This document shows, one piece after another, positions 56,433-64,000 of a stretch of 64,000 bases of DNA. Position numbers and translations under genes: made by a program. The DNA comes from Candidatus Saccharimonadales bacterium (GTDB lineage Bacteria > Patescibacteriota > Saccharimonadia > Saccharimonadales > UBA4665): the NCBI GenBank assembly GCA_041649215.1, contig JBAZNN010000001.1, positions 700,366 to 764,365 of the forward strand, read 5' to 3'. A model generated the notes under the pieces. That model did no database searches and was not told the DNA's origin. It was given only the letters and a program-made list of their open reading frames with translations. Positions within the stretch are counted from its first letter, which is position 1. Each line of letters opens with the position of its first letter.

Positions 56433-57791
56433 ATGGAGATATCACCCCCCAATCGTTACGAAGCGACCACGCCTGACAAGCCGGAAGATAAAAAGACAAA
56501 GCGCAAAAAGCGCACCGGTAGTCATGTATTAAACGCGCACCTGACTAGTGAGCCGAAGAAACTAATCAACCCCAAAGAGTCAAAGCCTATAGACGCGACG
56601 CTGGCCGAGCTATTGCTGAAGAAAAAACAAGACAAGGAAGAGGTTGCAGAACCCGAAGAGCCGGTCGCGACTGAAAAAACCGAAGTTGTCCTGACGGAAG
56701 AGGTAACCCATGAGCTACGACCCGACCAACTATATGTCGGCGAGGGGATTCTGCAACTAGACGAAGCCGAGGTCGAGCACGAGATACCGCTGCGGACGCC
56801 GGAAACTGAGACACCAAGATCGTACGAGCGGTGGTTTGATGAAATAGTATTGCCAAGGAATGAACCGGAAGAAGCCGCAACTCTAGCGCCAACCTATGAG
56901 TCGGTGGCCAATTATACAGAGCTGTCGTCAATGGATAGCCAGGAAACCAAACCGCCGGTCACTGCGCACGAAGTTGAACAGCCAATACCAATAGTCCAAC
57001 CAGAAATAACTCCAGTTGAACGAGCCGAACGCGTTGAGCAGGGTTGGGCACAGACCAGCCCGGTGGCTATCGAGCAACCAGCTACCAAAAAAGAGGTTGA
57101 TGACGCATTGCATGCGGTCGAAAAAGCTGGCCAAAACCGTGGTCTTCTAACCGGTTTAATGGTTGGTGGTGGCTATGAGCACCTCAAGCACAAACATCGT
57201 GAAAAGAGGCAGTCAAGGGTTTTTGAGCACCAAGAGAAGCGCTCAAAGTCTCAAGAAATCAGCCAAAATGAACTATGGCATGAGTTTGACAAAGAAAGAC
57301 AAACTACTCAGGTGGAACTCAACCGCCTAGATAAACGTTTTGAACAGAATCGATTCGAAAATAAACCGGAAAAAAAACCAGAAGCCCCGCTACCAGAGGC
57401 CCCCGAGCAACCAGAGCTACCAGCCGACCGGCGGGTGGAAACCAGCGCTTGGCACCGGATTGAGCTCGATGTCAAAACTGGCAAACCGGTTGATAAGCCG
57501 ACGCTCGAATATGGTCGGGAGTATTACCGTGAGCGCCAACAAGAGACCGCTCCGCTCGACACCGACACCACCGCCGCGGCCGGCGAGATCGCCCTAGTAG
57601 CGGCAGCGTTAGGTAAATCGAGCCCTCAGAGTGCGCTGCCGAATATCCCAAGCGCGGCTACTCAAAAGCCAGTTGGACCAACTGTTCTGGTGCGGCCTGG
57701 CCTTAACAAAGTTGCACCAGCCGGTCCACTTTGGCCCTACGTTGTCACGTTAATTATCGTCGTTATCGCGCTTATTTTTGCTCTGCGTTAG
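56433..57791 (+). CDS. Highly charged, low-complexity protein with C-terminal TM anchor
   Basis: 452 aa, Glu/Lys/Pro-rich. C-terminal WPYVVTLIIVVIALIFAL. Confidence 0.55.
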   Translation: MEISPPNRYEATTPDKPEDKKTKRKKRTGSHVLNAHLTSEPKKLINPKESKPIDATLAELLLKKKQDKEEVAEPEEPVATEKTEVVLTEEVTHELRPDQLYVGEGILQLDEAEVEHEIPLRTPETETPRSYERWFDEIVLPRNEPEEAATLAPTYESVANYTELSSMDSQETKPPVTAHEVEQPIPIVQPEITPVERAERVEQGWAQTSPVAIEQPATKKEVDDALHAVEKAGQNRGLLTGLMVGGGYEHLKHKHREKRQSRVFEHQEKRSKSQEISQNELWHEFDKERQTTQVELNRLDKRFEQNRFENKPEKKPEAPLPEAPEQPELPADRRVETSAWHRIELDVKTGKPVDKPTLEYGREYYRERQQETAPLDTDTTAAAGEIALVAAALGKSSPQSALPNIPSAATQKPVGPTVLVRPGLNKVAPAGPLWPYVVTLIIVVIALIFALR

Positions 57792-58581
57792 GTGGTATAT
57801 AGGGCGCGGCGGCTGAATCGACTTGCATTATTGGTTTTAATTTGTGGCATACTAGATACCCGGCTCGTCTAACGTAGCGTATCGCAGTAGTTGGCGCATT
57901 GGCCGGAAAATCTTGACCTTCTTCTAGAAAAGGCCCTTCGGCATGACCGGTTTTGCCAGGCACATTGGGACCATACTTATTCCCATCCGACACAGTTTTA
58001 CGATCACCAAAAACCGACACGGATATGTTGTATACATTGGCTGCCGTGGGGTCTGTGTTCACTAAAAACTGCGCGGCACACGCATCGTCGACCTTAATTA
58101 TGAACTGCTGAGGAGTGTTTACGGGGTTAGACTCACTCGTGTTTACAGGGTTAATTATCGGTATATTTTCGCGCTTCATAACTGGTTTCAGTACGGTATT
58201 GAGATATTTTTTGGCTTTGTAGCGCTGAATCTTTTCTGGCGCGGACACGGGTATATCAACGGTCTTTGAAGGGTGCTGCGTGGCGGTCTGGTTCGGTAAG
58301 ATTGCAGTCTCATGGCGCAGCGAAGGAAGCATAGTCGGGGGAGACGGAGTTTCTGACGGTGGTCTTAAAGGGGCTGGAGACGCATCTGGCATGTTCTGTA
58401 GTGCCGCGCTTGAAAGGATAGACGTGGCGTAGGGTGAAAGTTCCAGCGAACGGCTTGAGCTACTTTCGGTTACGGAGTGTGCTGGATGTGGAGCTTGTTC
58501 ACTACCGCTACAGGAGGCTGCAGGCAACACAAGACCGATCAAGCCCACAGTAGCAATAGCTGTCTTTGCCTCCATCCGCAT
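57772..58581 (-). CDS. Putative lipoprotein, unknown function
   Basis: Signal peptide with a lipobox-like LPAASC. Ser/Pro-rich linker. 20-nt convergent overlap with the preceding gene. Confidence 0.55.
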   Translation of the reverse strand: MRMEAKTAIATVGLIGLVLPAASCSGSEQAPHPAHSVTESSSSRSLELSPYATSILSSAALQNMPDASPAPLRPPSETPSPPTMLPSLRHETAILPNQTATQHPSKTVDIPVSAPEKIQRYKAKKYLNTVLKPVMKRENIPIINPVNTSESNPVNTPQQFIIKVDDACAAQFLVNTDPTAANVYNISVSVFGDRKTVSDGNKYGPNVPGKTGHAEGPFLEEGQDFPANAPTTAIRYVRRAGYLVCHKLKPIMQVDSAAAPYIPPNAEQK

Positions 58582-58651
58582 TACTTGTAGTTGACCACAA
58601 ACGAAACAAAAGTTCTAGTGTTTAGTGTTGCGGTATTAACAGCTAGTTAGA

Positions 58652-59947
58652 TTAAGTTTGGAATTGCTGGCGGAGCCATTCGTCAAGACTATTGCCTCCA
58701 CCAGCGGTCAGACACAGTACAGTGTCGCCAGCTTCTAGGTGTTTGCGGATGGTTTGAGCGAGGTTTTTGTCGAGCTGGGAAACCTCGGTTATCGTTTGTG
58801 CCTCAGCACTTAAGAGTAGTTTCAAATCAGCTGGCATCAATAATTTAAGCGATTCGTCCTCACGCGCCAGATAACTAGGCACGATATAGAGCTTTTTGAC
58901 ACCGTCAAACAAGTTGACCAGCTCAGCTTTTATGAAGTGCTGCCGGGTGTTGTGCAGGCCTTCGTAAACAACCACTACATTGTCGCCGGCTACCTCATGG
59001 GCTAACTGCAAGGCGCCACGGATTTTGGGCGGGGTGTGGGCGTAATCACTGTACAAACCAGGTATGATTTGCTCAAAACGGCGCGAGACACCAGGGAAGT
59101 TGTTTAAATGTTCTACGAGCTCAGCCAGCGATTTACCGGTGAGTTTATGCACTGCCTGAGCCACTTCCCAAGCGTTCTGACGGTTGACGATACCATCCAG
59201 AGTTAGTTTTTGGCCGATATCTGGGTTTGACTCATCAAGAACCAGCTGTGTTTCGTTGGGTTCTACCTCTAGCCGATCGGCATCACCTTGCCAAATCACG
59301 GCGCTATCACTTTGCTCCAAAAAGTCACGAAAAGCGGCATTGTACTCTTCACGTGTTGGGTAGATATCAGGATGATCCCAGTCAACACCAGTAATTAGGC
59401 TGATGGCTGGCTCAAAGCTCAAGAAATTGCGATCGAACTCGTCAGCTTCATAAACAAAGTATTCAGCATCCGGTTCGTAAGCGCCCATTTCGGCGAAGCT
59501 GCTTTTGGCAGGCAAAATGTAGCCGATAGGCAAGCCGAGCCGCTTCATGAGCCACACGGTCATGGCGGTAGCGGTAGTTTTGCCGTGAGTGCCGGCGACA
59601 GCAATTAGCTTAAGGTGTTTGTCCCGCAAAATTTGGTTTAGTAGCTCGTCGCGCTTCGATAGTTTTATGCGTTGCTCACGGCAGAATTGCAGTTCTGGAG
59701 CATCGGGCTGCTCGATGGCCACCGCCGATGAATAAACGAACCAATCTATGGAGTTTTTGGCATGAGCGGCAGCAATATCTTCGTAGGATTGGCCGATATG
59801 AATGTCGGTAATACCGTGTTTTTTTAGATAATCAATGTACTGCGAATCTTGTTTGTCGGATCCGGATACGTCATAGCCAGCCTGTTTGGCCACAAGCGCT
59901 AGCGGGCCTATCCCGGCTCCACCAATACCCGAAAAGAAAATATGCAT
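58652..59947 (-). CDS. murC: Mur ligase family: UDP-N-acetylmuramate--L-alanine ligase (MurC; Mpl-like alternative)
   Basis: MHIFFSGIGGAGIGPLALVAKQAGYDVSGSD, and P-loop AVAGTHGKTTATAM. 431 aa. Confidence 0.78.
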   Translation of the reverse strand: MHIFFSGIGGAGIGPLALVAKQAGYDVSGSDKQDSQYIDYLKKHGITDIHIGQSYEDIAAAHAKNSIDWFVYSSAVAIEQPDAPELQFCREQRIKLSKRDELLNQILRDKHLKLIAVAGTHGKTTATAMTVWLMKRLGLPIGYILPAKSSFAEMGAYEPDAEYFVYEADEFDRNFLSFEPAISLITGVDWDHPDIYPTREEYNAAFRDFLEQSDSAVIWQGDADRLEVEPNETQLVLDESNPDIGQKLTLDGIVNRQNAWEVAQAVHKLTGKSLAELVEHLNNFPGVSRRFEQIIPGLYSDYAHTPPKIRGALQLAHEVAGDNVVVVYEGLHNTRQHFIKAELVNLFDGVKKLYIVPSYLAREDESLKLLMPADLKLLLSAEAQTITEVSQLDKNLAQTIRKHLEAGDTVLCLTAGGGNSLDEWLRQQFQT

Positions 59948-60075
59948 GTCCTAATAGTAACGAGTAAGTAGTAAATAGAAAATAGCATTCGCTTCCAGGG
60001 TTCTCTGTTTTGCCCCAAAACCACGAGTTTCTATTTCCTAATTGCTGGTTCCTAGCCCTATAATCATAAGCAGCG

Positions 60076-60573
60076 ATGAATAAACGACGTCTTCACCACG
60101 CCTGGACAAAATTTAGAAAGATTCACCCTTGGTATTTTTTGGTTATAGCTATCATCAGCAGTGCCTTTTGCTTGGTTAGCCTGCGACGCAACAACGAGCA
60201 CATGGTAGTGCTGCGCGACGCGGTCTACGCGGCTGACAAAAATGCTGGTGACGTCGAAGGCGCTCTGCAAAATTTGCGGCACTACGTCTATTCGCATATG
60301 AATACTGGTCTGGCTAGTGGCTCGAACGCCGTTCACCCGCCAATTCAGCTGAAGTACACCTACGACCGGCTGGTAGCTGCCCAGCCTAAGCAAACCGCAA
60401 CAAATGGTGTTCAGTTCGCACCCATCCCAGACGCGCTTTACAAGTTTGATTTTACGGCCGCCAAATGGTCACCTGACACTGCTGGCTGGACTATGGTTAT
60501 AGCTGTTGTATCTATAATTTTATTCCTAGCTAGTGCCGTTTATCACTGGTGGATAAAGCGGTATCTACTCTAA
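60076..60573 (+). CDS. Two-TM membrane protein, unknown function
   Basis: 165 aa with TM helices near both ends. TATAAT at 60059-64 lies 11 nt before the ATG. Confidence 0.55.
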   Translation: MNKRRLHHAWTKFRKIHPWYFLVIAIISSAFCLVSLRRNNEHMVVLRDAVYAADKNAGDVEGALQNLRHYVYSHMNTGLASGSNAVHPPIQLKYTYDRLVAAQPKQTATNGVQFAPIPDALYKFDFTAAKWSPDTAGWTMVIAVVSIILFLASAVYHWWIKRYLL

Positions 60574-60574
60574 T

Positions 60575-60603
60575 AAAATAGCTCCCACCAGGGGAGCTAT
60601 TTT
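60575..60603. terminator. Bidirectional intrinsic terminator
   Basis: AAAATAGCTCCC-ACCAG-GGGAGCTATTTT is a 12-bp stem with A/T runs on both sides, between convergent genes. Confidence 0.8.
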
Positions 60604-60620
60604 AGAATCATGAACCGGGG

Positions 60621-61241
60621 CTACTTCTTAGGTGCGGTACCAGTAGCTTGGGTGGTGGCATCGGCGGCTGCCTGGGTCTGATTACTGACCTGAGTACAGT
60701 CTGGACCGTTCGGGAAGCTCTTCTTGAACTCGTTGATCTTGGACACGACAGTGCCCTTATCTACAAGATTCTCCCAGAAGGTGACTTGATCGCGGTTGAT
60801 GACCATTTGGTCATATGGGTCATGGATTTGCTGACAACCTAGTTTGACCAGCGTGTAACCGTTGTTTGTTGTTACGCCTTTGGCGTCAGTAGCGCTGTTC
60901 TGAGTAAGGTAGTAGACGTGTGTCAGGTTGATGTATTTGCTGTTCAGGGCTGTGACGTTACCAAAATATACCTGGCCGTTGTTCAGGAACACCGCCTGAT
61001 ATTTGCTGCCATCGACGAGTTTAGACTCAGCACTGGTTTCGCTGCGGGTGAAGGCAAAAGCAACAGCCGCTATCAAAATAGCGATCCCAAAAAGCACAAC
61101 AGCACTCAAAAGACGCGACCATTTGGCCTCAGAATCCTTGCCGTTTACTTTTTTATCTTGTTTTGGTGCTTCTGCACCTACCTCTGCACCTACGCTGCTT
61201 GTGGGACGAACCGTAGATTGTGAGTTTTGACGAAAGTCCAT
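60621..61241 (-). CDS. Membrane-anchored hypothetical protein
   Basis: 206 aa. Basic N-terminus, TM LLSAVVLFGIAILIAAVAFAF, conserved-looking ectodomain (YQAVFLNNGQVYFG...). Confidence 0.58.
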   Translation of the reverse strand: MDFRQNSQSTVRPTSSVGAEVGAEAPKQDKKVNGKDSEAKWSRLLSAVVLFGIAILIAAVAFAFTRSETSAESKLVDGSKYQAVFLNNGQVYFGNVTALNSKYINLTHVYYLTQNSATDAKGVTTNNGYTLVKLGCQQIHDPYDQMVINRDQVTFWENLVDKGTVVSKINEFKKSFPNGPDCTQVSNQTQAAADATTQATGTAPKK

Positions 61242-61379
61242 GTTTAACCACCTTCTTAGAGTTTACTATCCCCACCAGTGTAATACATAAGCATATTCGT
61301 ACGCAACAGCGCATTGTGAGTAGCTCTGAATAGAGAGCTCCAAATCGGGCATAAGATACGAATAATCAAGGTGTAGGTG

Positions 61380-61409
61380 TTGACAAAGGAAAACCACCGG
61401 GAGTATGTT
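61380..61409 (+). promoter_or_regulatory. Sigma70-type promoter of the small basic protein gene
   Basis: TTGACA (61380-85), 18-nt spacer, TATGTT (61404-09). SD AAAGAGGGGA precedes the ATG at 61449. Confidence 0.4.
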
Positions 61410-61448
61410 AGGGGTACTAACATTAAGTTAAAGAGGGGAACAGTGAGC

Positions 61449-61646
61449 ATGGCATACAAGCACACGAACTCAAAAGGTGTTACTTACTACTTAAACTCAA
61501 AGAAAGTAACCCTTCGCGGTGGCAAAGAACAAACAATCTACTATTTCTCTAAGGACGAGCGTCCAGAGGCATCTGACCTGCCAGCAGGTTTCAGTGTCAA
61601 CGAGAACCCACGCAACGGCTTTTTGACCGTCAAGCGCGGCGTCTAA
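61449..61646 (+). CDS. Small basic hypothetical protein (65 aa)
   Basis: Start at MAYKHTNSKGVTYYLNSKKV, which has a strong SD. The tracked start at 61377 overlaps the promoter. Followed by a strong terminator. Confidence 0.6.
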   Translation: MAYKHTNSKGVTYYLNSKKVTLRGGKEQTIYYFSKDERPEASDLPAGFSVNENPRNGFLTVKRGV

Positions 61647-61657
61647 GTAAAAATACT

Positions 61658-61694
61658 AAAAAGCACCTCGGTAGCGATATCGAGGTGCTTTTTT
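61658..61694 (+). terminator. Intrinsic terminator
   Basis: Stem AAAAAGCACCTCG / CGAGGTGCTTTTT (8-bp GC-rich core GCACCTCG/CGAGGTGC) with a 10-nt loop, ending in the T-run TTTTTT. Confidence 0.8.
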
Positions 61695-61725
61695 GTTTGA
61701 CCAAAGTTAAAACAGTCTGCTAAGG

Positions 61726-62493
61726 TTGAGTGGTATGTCTGAAATGATTTTAAGAGTAAAAGATCTCCGCAAAAGCTATGGCGACAACGAAGCCGTCAAA
61801 GGTGTTAGTTTTGAGGTCAAAAAGGGTGAAATATTTGGTATTTTAGGACCCAATGGCGCCGGCAAAACCACGACCTTGGAAATGATTGAGACTCTGCGTG
61901 AAATCGATGGCGGTACGGCGACCATAGACGGTATCGACGTTGCTAAAAATCCCTACGAAATCCGAGCTATTATCGGCGTTCAACCACAAACACCCGGGTT
62001 TCAGGACAAAACTAAACTAACTGAGCTTATACAGATGTTCGCGGCCGCATACGGCGAAAAGGTCGACCCCAAAAAATTTCTGGACGAAGTTGATTTAGGC
62101 GAAAAGGCCAACAGCTTTGTAGAGGATCTTTCTGGCGGCCAAAAGCAGCGTTTTAGCATTGTGGCAGCACTAGTACACAGTCCAAAAGTATTCTTCCTGG
62201 ACGAGCCAACTACCGGCCTCGATCCGCAAGCGCGGCGTAACCTGTGGAAACTTATTGAAGAAGTCCGTGACCGGGGTATCAGCGTCATCTTGACAACGCA
62301 CTATATGGACGAGGCCGAAGTTCTCTGTGACAGGGTTGCCATTATGGATCAAGGCAAGATCATCGCTCTCGATACTCCCAAAAAACTCATCAAGCAATTA
62401 CTCGAAAGAGGGTTTAAAAAGGAGCAACACGTCGAGCAGGCTAATCTCGAAGACGTATTTATCGACATGACCGGAAAGGGGTTGCACGAATGA
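61726..62493 (+). CDS. ABC transporter ATP-binding protein (ABC-2/DrrA-type exporter)
   Basis: Walker A GPNGAGKTT, signature LSGGQKQR, Walker B VFFLDEPTTGLD, H-loop TTHYMDE. The start may be the ATG at 61735. Confidence 0.92.
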   Translation: MSGMSEMILRVKDLRKSYGDNEAVKGVSFEVKKGEIFGILGPNGAGKTTTLEMIETLREIDGGTATIDGIDVAKNPYEIRAIIGVQPQTPGFQDKTKLTELIQMFAAAYGEKVDPKKFLDEVDLGEKANSFVEDLSGGQKQRFSIVAALVHSPKVFFLDEPTTGLDPQARRNLWKLIEEVRDRGISVILTTHYMDEAEVLCDRVAIMDQGKIIALDTPKKLIKQLLERGFKKEQHVEQANLEDVFIDMTGKGLHE

Positions 62494-63605
62494 CAACCAA
62501 ACAAAAATTCTACACTGTCTGGGCCTTTTTCGCGATCAACATCAAACGCTTGTTCCGCGATCGCCTAGCGCTGTTTTTTACTTTCCTATTCCCCTTAATC
62601 TTCCTCTTCGTATTCGGTAGCCTGAACAGCAGTAATAAGACAGTCTCGTTCAATATAGCGGTTATAAATGAGTCAAAGACGCCGTTCGCGCAACAATTTG
62701 TAGACCAAATGGGTAGCCAAAAGGCGCTTAAGGTCGACAAAAACGTGACTACTTTTAAGGCTGCTAATGAAAAAATGAGCCGCGGCGAACTAGAGGCTAC
62801 CATTGAGTTACCGAGCAGCTTCGGTTCCATTCAACCGGGTCAAAATGCTCCATCCGGCCAGGCCGTTGTCCACTACACGCAGAATAATCAAAGCGCCGCC
62901 ATAACGCTGACAACGGTGTTGCAGGCCGAAATGCAGTCCATAAACTCCAAATTAGTGAGCACCTCAACGCCGTTCACGGTTACCAGCAAACAGAACAATG
63001 AGCGCTCTCTGAGTGCTTTTGACTATACCTTCACCGGTTTACTAGGCTTCTCCATACTGGGTGCCGGCATATTTGGTCCAATCAACGTCTTCCCGGAGCT
63101 CAAGAAGATGGGTATTTTGCGCCGTTTGCATACTACGCCGCTAAGAGTCTGGCAATATTTCCTATCGGTGATGTTTGGTAATGCCGTTTCTGGTCTGATG
63201 TCGATTGCGGTGATGTTTGTCGTGGCGATGGCCGTCTTCCATTTGCACGTAGTCGGTAATTACTTCGAACTTTCACTGTTCTTGGCATTTGGAATTGTCA
63301 TGATTCTTGGGATTGGTCTGGCTATTGGTGGTTGGGCGAAGAACGAACGACAGGCGGCACCGCTGGCAAACATCATCGTCTTTCCTATGATGTTTCTCTC
63401 TGGCACCTTTTTCCCCCGTTTTTTGATGCCCCACTGGTTACAAAATATCTCAGGGTTTTTGCCTCTGAGCCCAGTAATTGATGGCGCGCGGTTGATAGCT
63501 ACCGAGGGCCAACATCTTTGGAACATTGGCTCACAGCTCAGCGTTATGGCCGCTTGGCTGGCTGTAGTCTACGTGCTTGCTTTCCGCGTCTTCCGCTGGG
63601 AATAG
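62490..63605 (+). CDS. ABC-2 type transporter permease
   Basis: 371 aa. One N-terminal TM, a large extracytoplasmic loop, and five C-terminal TM segments. ATGA overlap with the ATPase gene. Confidence 0.87.
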   Translation: MTTKQKFYTVWAFFAINIKRLFRDRLALFFTFLFPLIFLFVFGSLNSSNKTVSFNIAVINESKTPFAQQFVDQMGSQKALKVDKNVTTFKAANEKMSRGELEATIELPSSFGSIQPGQNAPSGQAVVHYTQNNQSAAITLTTVLQAEMQSINSKLVSTSTPFTVTSKQNNERSLSAFDYTFTGLLGFSILGAGIFGPINVFPELKKMGILRRLHTTPLRVWQYFLSVMFGNAVSGLMSIAVMFVVAMAVFHLHVVGNYFELSLFLAFGIVMILGIGLAIGGWAKNERQAAPLANIIVFPMMFLSGTFFPRFLMPHWLQNISGFLPLSPVIDGARLIATEGQHLWNIGSQLSVMAAWLAVVYVLAFRVFRWE

Positions 63606-63611
63606 ATCTAA

Positions 63612-64000
63612 CTAAACCATGTAGCTTTGCAGCAAGGTATTGTTGGTGGCCCAGGTCTTGAACTGTGTGATGATTGCCGGAGTGGCGGCGGCTGCCATCA
63701 TCGAGGTGTTGTTGTCCACTTTATCTAACAGATACCCACCGAGCATCTGAGCGGTCCACTCCTGCATGCCGCCATTGTTGGCTCCGCCACCGACACCGGA
63801 AGGGCCGTAGACGTAGTAACTATTGATAGACGTGCCGCCACCATCAAAGGCTGCCTTGCTAGCTAACCACATGTTTTGAATAGCCGGGTCATCATGGATT
63901 AGGTATGCCGTACGGGTTGATCCAGCTGCTGCCGTAACCTGGTTATTTACGCCAAAAGGGAAATATCTTGACGGTGCCCAGTAGTACGAGGCCGCGTCCG
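63612..64000 (-). CDS. Hypothetical protein, C-terminal part only (gene continues beyond the window)
   Basis: By manual translation the frame is open upstream of the tracked Met through nt 64000 (...SYYWAPSRYFPFGVNNQVTAAAGSTRTAYLIHDDPAIQNMWLAS...). Gly/Asn/Ala-rich, probably secreted. Confidence 0.5.
   Translation of the reverse strand, partial: DAASYYWAPSRYFPFGVNNQVTAAAGSTRTAYLIHDDPAIQNMWLASKAAFDGGGTSINSYYVYGPSGVGGGANNGGMQEWTAQMLGGYLLDKVDNNTSMMAAAATPAIITQFKTWATNNTLLQSYMV

Overview
The window is a gene-dense stretch (about 90% coding, many 1-14 nt gene overlaps, standard code, roughly 48-50% GC by eye) from a small, compact bacterial genome. Gene content hints at Patescibacteria/CPR, possibly Saccharibacteria-like: a short archaeal-type AspRS, many N-terminally anchored hypothetical surface proteins, and a monoderm-style envelope glycan locus. 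That placement is inference only. Nt 1-30100 form one large cell-envelope glycan locus. It holds a Wzt-type ABC exporter ATPase with an overlapping methyltransferase, several GT2/GT4/WsaF-like glycosyltransferases and a GT-C-like membrane protein. It also holds a gmd-colD-fcl module (predicted GDP-colitose), a translationally coupled pmm-rfbBCDA-GT2-small membrane protein-GT2 operon, glmS, a WbaP-type priming transferase, an O-antigen-ligase-like protein and GtrA. The right half mixes housekeeping genes (aspS, malic enzyme, pyrB, tsaC, murC, alkA-like), transport genes (CPA2 antiporter, MarR/MFS pair, CNNM-CBS, ABC-2 exporter) and many uncharacterised membrane-anchored proteins. The most notable non-coding or unusual signals are listed here. 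(1) A candidate class-II-like cobalamin riboswitch with an RBS-sequestering hairpin lies ahead of an unknown zinc-ribbon protein (31330-32677). (2) An 832-bp tandem duplication has highly conserved flanks and diverged coding cores (46113-47750). (3) An SGNH hydrolase gene is split by one in-frame TAA (48820). (4) An untracked 55-aa Trp-rich membrane ORF lies at 44696-44863. (5) An orphan promoter drives a structured leader and a 30-aa ORF (34449-34686). I recognised no rRNA, tRNA, CRISPR array, transposase or integrase. All calls rest on reading motifs by eye, with no searches run. Starts are taken from the ORF track and adjusted where SD or promoter context suggested it.
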